Source: Flavobacteriales bacterium
GTDB lineage: Bacteria > Bacteroidota > Bacteroidia > Flavobacteriales_E > Vicingaceae
Reading direction: 5' to 3'
Length of the DNA: 64,000 nucleotides
NCBI GenBank assembly: GCA_020435335.1
Contig: JAGQZT010000107.1
Location: 4,715 to 68,714, forward strand
The position numbers and the translations under genes are program-made. Below the pieces are notes generated by a model. That model saw only the letters and a program-made list of their open reading frames with translations. It made no database searches and was not told the origin of the DNA. Shown here piece by piece: positions 55,137-63,763 of the stretch. Numbering within the stretch: the first letter of the stretch is position 1; each line of letters begins with the position of its first letter.

Positions 55137-56402
55137 TTAATAGATCCGGCCGCTTCGCCAGCTGTCAACTGCCCTGAACCAGGTATTTTTGAATATGGGA
55201 GAGCGGCTGAGCTGGTAATCGTTTCCGGAAACCGGATTTTCTACTTTGTGAAACACGAAGCTGATGGACATCATGTTGTTCTCTTCACCGTAAATCCAGT
55301 TTTCATAATCTTTGTTCTTGTAAACCACATTGGGCGATCCGAAAATGATGTAGATGATTCCGCGGTCGGTTTTCCAGCCTTCCAGGTAGGATGTGAAGTA
55401 GTTGTTGGCGCTTTCCACACGGGTGTAATATTCCCGGATCATGGTCTTGGCCCGTTCGGAACTTCCGGCGATGCTGATCCAGAATTTATCTACGGCGAGT
55501 TTCGTGTTCTCACTTTCCATCAGCTGGTCGTACTCTTTTTTGGTGGTGATGTAGCGCATGGGACCGATCATGGCTTCGGGAGTTTTGATTTCCGGAAAAT
55601 AGGGCTGAAAATTAAAGAAGGTCGTTCCGCTTTTATTGTCCTCCGTATGCTGGAAATGGTAAAGCCCTTCTTCTCCAACCCGGTAAGTAAGAGTGTTGGT
55701 TGAATCGAATTCGAGGGTTTCCGTATTGACGGGCTTAAACACCAGGGGCTCTTCCTGTCCGTCTTCATTTACCGAAAACGGTGGCTTGGCGATAGGGAGG
55801 TCGGTGCTGTAGCGTTTCAGGAGGATGTTGTTGGCAGCATTTCGCTCGTTTTTTGTGAGGTAGATCAGGTCATTCTGATTGAAGTAATTTTCAAAGACCA
55901 CATTCTTGTTCGAATCCAGTAATAAATAATTCTGAACACTGTACAGGTTGGTTCGGGTAATGACGATCCTGTTTTTAATGTAATGGTCGCGTGAGATGTC
56001 ATTCACGGTGATCAGGAGGTCATAAACCTTGTTGGTTTTGGTTTGCAGGTTGATGGTTCCGTAGAGGTGTTTTTTTTGCTTGTTGTTTCCGAAATCGGTA
56101 AAGCTGATGGATGCACTGTCGAGCAGGCTTTCATCCGCTTTGTCGATCAGCTCGTAGTGGATCAGGATATTAGCGCTATAGGTGCTGTCGTTTCGTTTCT
56201 TCGTGTACAGGATGTTGGACGAGTTGAGCCTGAAGTGCAATTCCGTTAAGGTGTCGTTTTTATGGAATACGCGATATTGCGGATTGATGAGGTTGAGTCC
56301 GGGCATATAGATTCCGGCCACGTTGTTGTTGCTGGCCGTGTTCTTCGGTGCGGAACAGGCGTAGGCCAGAATTAGCCCAGCGAACAGCAATAATATGTTC
56401 AT
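55137..56402 (-). CDS. GWxTD domain-containing lipoprotein
   Basis: Starts MNILLLFAGLILAYAC (lipobox) at 56402. Has the GWKTD motif followed by RGIIYIIFGSPNVVYK. Confidence 0.8.
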   Translation of the reverse strand: MNILLLFAGLILAYACSAPKNTASNNNVAGIYMPGLNLINPQYRVFHKNDTLTELHFRLNSSNILYTKKRNDSTYSANILIHYELIDKADESLLDSASISFTDFGNNKQKKHLYGTINLQTKTNKVYDLLITVNDISRDHYIKNRIVITRTNLYSVQNYLLLDSNKNVVFENYFNQNDLIYLTKNERNAANNILLKRYSTDLPIAKPPFSVNEDGQEEPLVFKPVNTETLEFDSTNTLTYRVGEEGLYHFQHTEDNKSGTTFFNFQPYFPEIKTPEAMIGPMRYITTKKEYDQLMESENTKLAVDKFWISIAGSSERAKTMIREYYTRVESANNYFTSYLEGWKTDRGIIYIIFGSPNVVYKNKDYENWIYGEENNMMSISFVFHKVENPVSGNDYQLSRSPIFKNTWFRAVDSWRSGRIY

Positions 56403-56409
56403 GTTCCGC

Positions 56410-57720
56410 TTAGCTCTCATGTTCGTCCAGGTATTTTCCATCGATCTGTTTGGAGGTTTTGGCTCCCAACTCTTTAATACGTTCCACCTTGCGTACCAGG
56501 TTGTCTTTTCCGGTTGATAATTTTTTAACGGCCTCATCGTAAGCCAGTTGAGATGTTTTGATGCCTTTCTCGATCTTGTCGAGGTCTTCCAGGAAACTAA
56601 CGAACTTATCGTACAGCGCTCCCGATTGCCGGGCAATCTCCAGGGCATTTTTCGTTTGGCGTTCCTGCTTCCATACGGACGCTACGGTTTTTAAGGTGGC
56701 TAACAGCGTTGTTGGACTCACAATCACGATTTTCCGGTCCCAGGCGTAGTTGTAGATGTTCGGGTCATTTTGCAGGGTGAAGCTGAACGACGGTTCCGAA
56801 GGCATGAACATCAGTACGAAATCGGGTGTATGCAGTCCGGGAATCTGGCTGTAATCTTTCTTGGCCAGGATATCGATGTGGCTTTTTACGGAAGCAATGT
56901 GCGCTTTAACCTGAATGCTTTTTTCATTTTCGTCGTCACTGTCAATGAAATTCGTGTAGGCTGTGATCGATACTTTGGAGTCGATGATGATCTGTTTGTC
57001 GTCCGGCAATTTAATGATCACATCCAGCCGGCTTCCGCCACCGTCCTGATTCGTGTAATAGTCTTCGGTTTCATACTCCTCGCCTTTGATCAGGCCGGAG
57101 CTTTCAAGGATTTTTTCCAGGATCAATTCGCCCCAGTTCCCCTGGGTTTTGGAATCGCCCTTCAAGGCCTTGGTGAGGCTTTGGGCGTCTTCACGCATCT
57201 GCTGGTTCAGTTCGGAGAGTGATTTGATCTGTTCCATCAGTGAAGTACGTTCCTTCAGCTCCTTTTCATATTTATCTTCCACCTTTTGCTCAAAGGTCTT
57301 GATGTTGTCTTTGAGCGGTTTCAGGATCTCGTCAAGCTTCTTTTGGTTGCTTTCGGCCAGTTCGGATGAGTTTTGTTTGAGCAATTTGTTGGCGATGTTC
57401 TCAAATTCGAGCGCGAATTTCTTTTGCAGTTCTTCGACTTCCTTCTTGTGTTCCAGGAGTTTTTCGCTCAGGTTTTGGTTGTTGGCCAGTAATTCGGCAT
57501 TTTTTGAGAGTAATTCTTCTTTTTGTTTGCCGAGTTGTTCCAACTGCTCCTTCTGTGTGCGGAAGGTTTCGGCAGCGGCATCCAACCGGCCTTTCAATAC
57601 ACCGGCCTCATTCGAAGAGGTGTCGTTGCCTGCCGGCACCCGATTTTTCCGGGACAACCATCCCAGGGCAAAGCCAACGGCGAGGCCAATGATCAGTAGT
57701 ATGATGCTCATCAAATCCAT
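56410..57720 (-). CDS. rmuC: DNA recombination protein RmuC
   Basis: N-terminal TM helix, long coiled coil, and a C-terminal RmuC nuclease-like domain (GNWGELILEKILE..., PDFVLMFMPSE). Confidence 0.9.
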   Translation of the reverse strand: MDLMSIILLIIGLAVGFALGWLSRKNRVPAGNDTSSNEAGVLKGRLDAAAETFRTQKEQLEQLGKQKEELLSKNAELLANNQNLSEKLLEHKKEVEELQKKFALEFENIANKLLKQNSSELAESNQKKLDEILKPLKDNIKTFEQKVEDKYEKELKERTSLMEQIKSLSELNQQMREDAQSLTKALKGDSKTQGNWGELILEKILESSGLIKGEEYETEDYYTNQDGGGSRLDVIIKLPDDKQIIIDSKVSITAYTNFIDSDDENEKSIQVKAHIASVKSHIDILAKKDYSQIPGLHTPDFVLMFMPSEPSFSFTLQNDPNIYNYAWDRKIVIVSPTTLLATLKTVASVWKQERQTKNALEIARQSGALYDKFVSFLEDLDKIEKGIKTSQLAYDEAVKKLSTGKDNLVRKVERIKELGAKTSKQIDGKYLDEHES

Positions 57721-57769
57721 AATCCAGCAAGGCAATAAAATTAAGATAATAAAAGGAGCTAATGAAAAA

Positions 57770-58450
57770 TTAGTACTTCAAAATTAAGATGGGTGTTCCT
57801 TCGTCGATCAGGTCGTAGAGTTCGATCACGTCTTTGTTTTTCATGCGGATGCAGCCATGCGATGCCGGTTTGCCGATAAAGCCCTCTTCCGGCGTACCAT
57901 GAATATAAATGTAGCGGTTGTATGAATCGATGTTCCGCCCCCGGTTGATGCCCGGCTCCTCGCCCTGAAGCCACATGATGCGGGTGGTGACATAATCTTT
58001 TGGGGCGTTTTCTTGTCCGGTCAGGATCTTGGCTGTCTTGCCATAATAAACCCGGGATTCAAAGATGCCTCCCAGGGGCACATCATCACCGATCTTGTGC
58101 CGGATGGTATGTAGTCCGGGCGGTGTTTTCAAACTGTTTTGTTTGTTACCGATGCCTTTTTTTGCCGTCGAAATGGGATATTTTCGGATGGTTGAATCGT
58201 TTTCGATGAGGTAGAGCCTTTGGTGTTTTACCGACACGTACATGTATTTGTCGAACGAGCGGTCTTTATACTTCAGCTTGAGGTATTCCGACAGGAAGTT
58301 GGCGATGGTTTCATTTTTGGGTTCTTCTTTGGGTGTTTCGATCACTTCCGGGACTTCTACTACAGGCTCAACGACCTTGGTGGTCTTGCAGGATGAAGCC
58401 AGCAAAACGGTAGCGGCGGAGCAGTAGATCATAAAGGGTCGGATCGTCAT
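57770..58450 (-). CDS. L,D-transpeptidase (YkuD) family lipoprotein
   Basis: Lipobox LASSC and active-site block IHGTPEEGFIGKPASHGCIRM. Confidence 0.85.
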   Translation of the reverse strand: MTIRPFMIYCSAATVLLASSCKTTKVVEPVVEVPEVIETPKEEPKNETIANFLSEYLKLKYKDRSFDKYMYVSVKHQRLYLIENDSTIRKYPISTAKKGIGNKQNSLKTPPGLHTIRHKIGDDVPLGGIFESRVYYGKTAKILTGQENAPKDYVTTRIMWLQGEEPGINRGRNIDSYNRYIYIHGTPEEGFIGKPASHGCIRMKNKDVIELYDLIDEGTPILILKY

Positions 58451-59256
58451 CGGTTCTGCATCTTTTTCTCGTTCATGTTAAACATGATGTTGTAAAACAG
58501 TTTCGGGAAAAAGGTTTTGAAAGGAATACTGAGGAGCTCTTTTTTGCCTATGTATTTGTGTGTGCGGTTAGACCGAAGGGCAGCAACATACTTGCGGGCA
58601 AAAGCAGCGGTTTCCATCCCGTTTTCCTGTGCCGGACTGTTCTTGTTGAAGGTGCTTCCGTCGGGAGTAACGGCATTGAGCGTAACCCGGGTATTGATGA
58701 AGCCCGGAGCCACCAACAGAATCCGGATGTTGTCTTTTCTGACTTCCAGGCGGAACGAATCATAAAATCCGTAGAGTGCGTGTTTCGATGCCGCATAGGT
58801 TGATAAGCCGGGAAGCCCGAATTTACCAATGATGCTGGTTGTAACGGCAATTTTACCACCACCCTGTTGTTTCATTATCCGGGCAACGGCTTTCGATAAA
58901 GCCACATTCCCGAAATAATTGATGTTCATGATCTTGGCTTCTACAGCGGCATTGGTGTCGAGTGCCAGTCCTTCCTGACTGATTCCGCCGTTGTTAACGA
59001 GAATGTCGATCCGCCCGAATTTAGCGACAACCTGGTTGGTCCAGTTTTCAGCCTGATCGGGATGTTCGAGGTCTATGGCCAGTATCATCACGTTTTCGGG
59101 GTTCAGTTGGGTTGCTTTTGCTACCCGTTCCAATTCCCCCGTTTTTCTGCCTGAGAGTACTAACCGGCAACCATGCTTGGCCAGCTCATAAGCAATGGCT
59201 TCGCCTATTCCCGAAGAGGCACCGGTAATCCAGGCTATTTTGTTTTGTAAATCCAC
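58447..59256 (-). CDS. SDR family oxidoreductase
   Basis: Contains TGASSGIG, NNGG and YAASK motifs. Starts with GTG and overlaps the L,D-transpeptidase gene by 4 nt. Confidence 0.9.
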   Translation of the reverse strand: MDLQNKIAWITGASSGIGEAIAYELAKHGCRLVLSGRKTGELERVAKATQLNPENVMILAIDLEHPDQAENWTNQVVAKFGRIDILVNNGGISQEGLALDTNAAVEAKIMNINYFGNVALSKAVARIMKQQGGGKIAVTTSIIGKFGLPGLSTYAASKHALYGFYDSFRLEVRKDNIRILLVAPGFINTRVTLNAVTPDGSTFNKNSPAQENGMETAAFARKYVAALRSNRTHKYIGKKELLSIPFKTFFPKLFYNIMFNMNEKKMQNR

Positions 59257-59388
59257 AGCACGAATTTAGTCATAGTGCTTTTCGTTTTTTGTTAAAAGAA
59301 GTTAACTTTTTAACGCTCTGTTCTTTAAAACCTCGAAATGAACAGGTATTAAAAAAATAATTTATTTTCCCACAACTAAGCAAGTCTT

Positions 59389-59712
59389 ATGGAACAATTA
59401 AAAACAAAAGAAAAAGTCCTTAAAGAAGGCACTCAGCTGATAACATCCTTTAATAGCTTTTGCGGCACTTATAAAGATTTCATTAAAGGTGTTGCTATAT
59501 TCAAAAGAAAATCCATATTCGGAGTGAATGTTTTAACTTCTACTAACCTTAGTCAGGAAGGGGAAAACCACCGACGAAACATCGCCAGCGATTTTAACAG
59601 GTTTAATTCTAAATATTCTGAACTAATAGATGGATTTTTCATAGACAAAACAAATAAAGGTTTTGAAATAGTTATAGTATATTGTGCTGAAAGGTTATAC
59701 AACCTCATATGA
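59389..59712 (+). CDS. Hypothetical 107-aa protein (island gene)
   Basis: ORF in the low-GC island. I recognise no family. Its 3' end overlaps the convergent 70-aa ORF by 18 nt. Confidence 0.4.
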   Translation: MEQLKTKEKVLKEGTQLITSFNSFCGTYKDFIKGVAIFKRKSIFGVNVLTSTNLSQEGENHRRNIASDFNRFNSKYSELIDGFFIDKTNKGFEIVIVYCAERLYNLI

Positions 59713-59907
59713 ACTGTTGAACATTTCAATTTCACAATTTATAGACTCCACAATCAAATTATCCACTGTTCGTTGTAAAGACACATGAACCTCATCACCA
59801 ACATTAGATACTAAAATAATATTATAAATTTGCTGAGGGTACATGTTCTTTCGCCTAGCCTGTTTCCCTTGTAAATTGATGTATTTGTCTAATTTTTTCT
59901 TATCCAT
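59695..59907 (-). CDS. Hypothetical 70-aa protein, coupled to the ATPase-methyltransferase gene
   Basis: Its ATG lies 3 nt after the TAA of the upstream 641-aa gene (TAA GAT ATG). I recognise no motif. Confidence 0.45.
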   Translation of the reverse strand: MDKKKLDKYINLQGKQARRKNMYPQQIYNIILVSNVGDEVHVSLQRTVDNLIVESINCEIEMFNSSYEVV

Positions 59908-59910
59908 ATC

Positions 59911-61836
59911 TTATCTTATTTCTGATAAACATAATTCAGCATTAGCATACTGCTGAACCCAAAAACCATGTTGCTTACCGTTTTTGTAATTTTTCTCTTT
60001 ACTTCTGATTTCTTTGATTTTTCTTTGGGCTTTATCCTTAATTGAATTTAGAGCTTTTACTTTATTATCGTGAGAAATTCTAGTCAAACATTGAGTGGGA
60101 ATTAGATGTGTTTTTAATCTACCTTCTCCTCTTGGATCACTTACTTCGAAACCTAAGTCCTCCTCCTTAACATTAAACAATTCCTTTAATTCGGGAGTAT
60201 CTAACACTAAAAATCCATTTTGATAAGCTTTTTCACCTGTAGGTATAAGATGATCTTCCACCAGTATTAGAAACCCGTCATCCGAAAGAATTTTATTAAT
60301 GAATCCACCTGATTTAAAAAGAGTCAACCAATCCTTAGGGTCTATTTCATGTAACACATTACACATGATAATCGCCTGAAATGATTTTTGATCATACTTG
60401 GCTAACAAATCATCTTCTGAATTAAAATACCTATCTAAGCTATCACCGTAAGCAGAAGCTATAGCATTCTCACATTTTTCTTTATCCTTATTATCAGGAT
60501 CAAACGCAATATAATCTAGTTGCTTTATTAACTTGTCGTGATTGGAAACATCCTGTTCGTTTAAGTTTGAAATAATCCTACCCTTACCCGCCCCAAAATC
60601 TAATACCCTGATCTTATCATTTTGAGATATATCTAGCAAGCTCTGTCTAATTTGGAGAGATTGAGGATCGGACGAACCTGTTTCCACCGTAGGAGGAGAA
60701 AAAAGACATTCAAATGCATATCTAGTAGACGCAAATTGAGATGGAAGACTGATGAAGTCCCTTAATTTGTCAATTTGCTCCTCATCTCCCAACAAACTAT
60801 GTAGCACCTTTTCTGGAATTTTACCCGCATGTTTTATGTTACCATTTTCAACAAACCAGATCATAGATGGATCAAAGTGTGAAAGTATCGGAATAGAATG
60901 TGTTGAAATCCAAATTTGTCCATCTTTTACTACATCTCTAATGGCATCAATCATTTCAATAACAGCCTGTGGGTGAAGATGGTTTTCTGGCTCATCCATA
61001 AACAATATCATTTCATCAAGTTGGACACCCTGACTATACAAGGCAACGCAAAACTGTAATAAAACATTCTGACCAGCGGATAATCTTGCTAGTCCTAACG
61101 GGAAATCAAATAGCGTTGCATCTCCTTCGATCGTTCTTCCTATTTCTGTTTTGAGAAAAGTTTTAATTAAACTGTTTAACTCATCAAATTCCCTTATCGC
61201 TCTATTTTTAACCTCATCTTCTTGTGTTGATTCTGGATGGGTTGCTTCCCACTTTAAATTTTGTAGTTGTTGAATTTTTGATAATGAGCTTGCTGCTAGA
61301 TTAGATATACCAATGTTTTGAGTTGCAGTTGCGTGCTGGTTAATCATGTTTTTCGTAAGATTAGTTGGATCCGTCAACTTTGCATTTAAAGGGACAAATT
61401 TTACTATTTGATAACGATCCCCTAGCTCATACGTCACAATTTTGTTCCAATTAATGTGAGCTTTATTATCTATAATTTCTTGCTGATGATATTTTATATC
61501 TTTCTCCCCCTCCTTTATTAATGTATTATAATATGCAACCTCATTATGAAGATTATCTTTTCTGGTTAATCTCTTCTTATAGCTAGTAATTGTTTTTGTA
61601 AGATTATCTATTGCTGTTTTAGATACTTTTATTTCTTTTTCACAATTTAATACATTTTGTTTTTTGGGTTTATGTTTAATAGTTGAAGATATCTTGTCTA
61701 ATATCCTAGATTTTCCACTACCGTTTTTGCCTGCTAATAGGACTACTTGCTGTAATCTATCCATTTTTATCTCTCCCAATCCATCTTCGGTTGCAGGATT
61801 TGTGTTTTTCAGAATATTAACTGATTTTATTCTCAT
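59911..61836 (-). CDS. AAA_21/ABC-type ATPase fused to a class I SAM-dependent methyltransferase domain
   Basis: Walker A GKNGSGKS (aa 36-43), a coiled-coil insert, signature-like LSAGQ (aa 252-256), Walker B/D-loop ILFMDEPENHLHP (aa 277-289) and H-loop STHS. The MTase part has motif I VLDFGAGKG (aa 411-419), then YIAFD, IIMCNVLHEI and GFLILVED. Confidence 0.8.
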   Translation of the reverse strand: MRIKSVNILKNTNPATEDGLGEIKMDRLQQVVLLAGKNGSGKSRILDKISSTIKHKPKKQNVLNCEKEIKVSKTAIDNLTKTITSYKKRLTRKDNLHNEVAYYNTLIKEGEKDIKYHQQEIIDNKAHINWNKIVTYELGDRYQIVKFVPLNAKLTDPTNLTKNMINQHATATQNIGISNLAASSLSKIQQLQNLKWEATHPESTQEDEVKNRAIREFDELNSLIKTFLKTEIGRTIEGDATLFDFPLGLARLSAGQNVLLQFCVALYSQGVQLDEMILFMDEPENHLHPQAVIEMIDAIRDVVKDGQIWISTHSIPILSHFDPSMIWFVENGNIKHAGKIPEKVLHSLLGDEEQIDKLRDFISLPSQFASTRYAFECLFSPPTVETGSSDPQSLQIRQSLLDISQNDKIRVLDFGAGKGRIISNLNEQDVSNHDKLIKQLDYIAFDPDNKDKEKCENAIASAYGDSLDRYFNSEDDLLAKYDQKSFQAIIMCNVLHEIDPKDWLTLFKSGGFINKILSDDGFLILVEDHLIPTGEKAYQNGFLVLDTPELKELFNVKEEDLGFEVSDPRGEGRLKTHLIPTQCLTRISHDNKVKALNSIKDKAQRKIKEIRSKEKNYKNGKQHGFWVQQYANAELCLSEIR

Positions 61837-61875
61837 GACTTAGTAATTAAAAAAACCAATGTACTAAAAACGAAG

Positions 61876-61883
61876 TATATTTG
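61876..61883 (+). promoter_or_regulatory. -7 promoter box TATATTTG for the SIR2-like gene
   Basis: TAnnTTTG match 17 nt upstream of ATG 61900, inside the 63-bp divergent intergenic region. Confidence 0.5.
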
Positions 61884-61899
61884 ATGAAAACCATCGAAA

Positions 61900-62913
61900 A
61901 TGGCAAACATCACATACTATATTGGAGCAGGCGCAAGTTGTAATTCTCTTCCTCTAGCAAAGGATATGCATCAAAGATTAATTGAATTCAAAGAGTATAT
62001 TATTTACTTAATTGATGAGAAAGGACTGAATAATCATTTTTCCAATTCTTACTTAACGGAACTTGATAAAATAATTCGACTTGTGTTTGAAAATGGAACC
62101 ATTGACACCTGTGCTAGGACAATGTACCTAAATGGAAGACAATCAATGGATTTAGTAAGGTTAAAGTCAATATTAAGTGGATATATCTTGTTTGAACAAA
62201 CAAGAAAAGACGAAGGATTTTTAACGAATAAAGACTCTGGGAAACAAGATCACCACAATAGAGTGATCGATCAAAGATATCCTGCGTTTATTACAAATCA
62301 AATTGATGGAAATTCAAGAAAACTGAAAGATAATATTAAAATCATATCTTGGAATTATGATTCCCAGTTCGAGCTATCTTATTCCAATGTTGTAGGTTGT
62401 CCCATTGATATGGCTCTCAATCAACTCAACGTATATCCTTCTCCATATACAAATACTGATGAAAATTATAGCATCATTAAGTTGAATGGAACAGCAGGAC
62501 TGACAGATGAACACAACAGAGTTTCGGCTGAATACTTAAGCATACTCGAATTTGATCCACTATCATCCATGAATTTCATTATCGATCTTCTTAAATCAAA
62601 TAACCAGAGAAATTACGTACCAAATCAATTGTTTTTTGCTTGGGAAGATTATCACATCCCAAAGAATTCGAAAGAATTAGCAAAAAAGATTATTTCGGAA
62701 ACAGATATTCTTATCGCAATAGGCTATTCATTTCCAGATTATAACCTTGAAGTGGATAGGTATATTTTTGATGGAAATAGGATTGAAAAAATGTATTATC
62801 AAGTTCCACCCCAATATTTTGAGGATTTAAAGCTAAATATTGCCAAAGTAAATAGTGATTTGTTACAAGTGTGCGAAAATATTTCCAGACCCGAGTTTTT
62901 AATACTGAGTTAA
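61900..62913 (+). CDS. SIR2-like / AbiH-like (DHS-like NAD-binding fold) protein
   Basis: Motifs are YIGAGASCNSLPL (GAGxS), IISWNYD (TNYD-like, N152), IIKLNGT at the position of the KLHG catalytic His (N196), and ILIAIGYSFPDYNLEVDRYIF (the GYS..D motif). Confidence 0.6.
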   Translation: MANITYYIGAGASCNSLPLAKDMHQRLIEFKEYIIYLIDEKGLNNHFSNSYLTELDKIIRLVFENGTIDTCARTMYLNGRQSMDLVRLKSILSGYILFEQTRKDEGFLTNKDSGKQDHHNRVIDQRYPAFITNQIDGNSRKLKDNIKIISWNYDSQFELSYSNVVGCPIDMALNQLNVYPSPYTNTDENYSIIKLNGTAGLTDEHNRVSAEYLSILEFDPLSSMNFIIDLLKSNNQRNYVPNQLFFAWEDYHIPKNSKELAKKIISETDILIAIGYSFPDYNLEVDRYIFDGNRIEKMYYQVPPQYFEDLKLNIAKVNSDLLQVCENISRPEFLILS

Positions 62914-62926
62914 CTGTGTTTATAAA

Positions 62927-63145
62927 TCATTTAATATCGATCAATTCCACCAAACTAACCTCTAAACATTTCGCAAGTTTTCTCAGCATGTTAATGGAAC
63001 TATTTACCCTCCCACTTTCAATCCGTCTCAATGATGAATCATCGATCTTCATCCTGTAGGCTAATTCGGATTGGGTTAGCTTTTTCTTCTGCCTAACCTC
63101 TTTTATTCTCTTCCCTAGTTTTTGTAGGTATTCCTCATCCTTCAT
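62927..63145 (-). CDS. XRE-family helix-turn-helix transcriptional regulator
   Basis: 72 aa with KKLTQSELAYRMKIDDSSLRRIESGRVNSSINMLRKLAKCL, a classic Cro/CI HTH. Confidence 0.85.
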   Translation of the reverse strand: MKDEEYLQKLGKRIKEVRQKKKLTQSELAYRMKIDDSSLRRIESGRVNSSINMLRKLAKCLEVSLVELIDIK

Positions 63146-63176
63146 TCCCTAAAAGTGAAACTTATTTCAAAAAAAT

Positions 63177-63198
63177 AACAGGGCATATATGCTCTGTT
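63177..63198. promoter_or_regulatory. 22-bp near-perfect palindrome, candidate XRE operator
   Basis: aacagGgcatatatgcTctgtt, with one mismatched pair. Lies in the divergent region between the XRE gene and the lipoprotein gene. Confidence 0.45.
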
Positions 63199-63244
63199 AG
63201 GTAAAATTTAATACCTTAGCAGGGAATCAATAAAAACTAAAAAA

Positions 63245-63763
63245 ATGAAATCACTTCGAACCTTATCGATGCTTGTAATACTCGCAAGCATATTAGTAAC
63301 TGGATGTAAAAAAGAAGAGTATCAACCAAAAGGTGATTATCAACCCGCGGGAAATTATGTTACTTCTGGAACAAACAACAATACAGTCAAGAACTATGAC
63401 ATAACCGTTAACACTTGGGAATGGACATTTGACAACACGTACCAAAGACATTATTACAGGTACGGAGTGGCTGCGCACTACAACTCACTAGTAGTATGTT
63501 ATGTGATTTCTGGAAGCGGAAAACAAATCATGCCATACTATGAAGGTGTTTCGCAGCAGGGCTATGATTTCGCAAACAACCTATTCCAAACATGGCAGTA
63601 TATTGAGTTACAATACACGAACTACAATTCTCCTAGTAGCGCGCCAAGTAGTGCCAGATATTTTTACATCGTAGTTGTTCCTCCATCTGCCAGAGAAGCG
63701 CATCCCAACTTGGATTATTCCGACTTAAATCAAGTTAAAAGTACATTTAACCTGAAGGACTAG
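63245..63763 (+). CDS. Hypothetical lipoprotein
   Basis: Signal peptide with lipobox LVTGC. I recognise no family. Confidence 0.55.
   Translation: MKSLRTLSMLVILASILVTGCKKEEYQPKGDYQPAGNYVTSGTNNNTVKNYDITVNTWEWTFDNTYQRHYYRYGVAAHYNSLVVCYVISGSGKQIMPYYEGVSQQGYDFANNLFQTWQYIELQYTNYNSPSSAPSSARYFYIVVVPPSAREAHPNLDYSDLNQVKSTFNLKD

Noticed and set aside
57086-57787. 233-aa Ser/Phe-rich ORF antisense to rmuC.
   Set aside because: It is a low-complexity mirror of the Lys/Glu coiled-coil codons of rmuC and is not coding.
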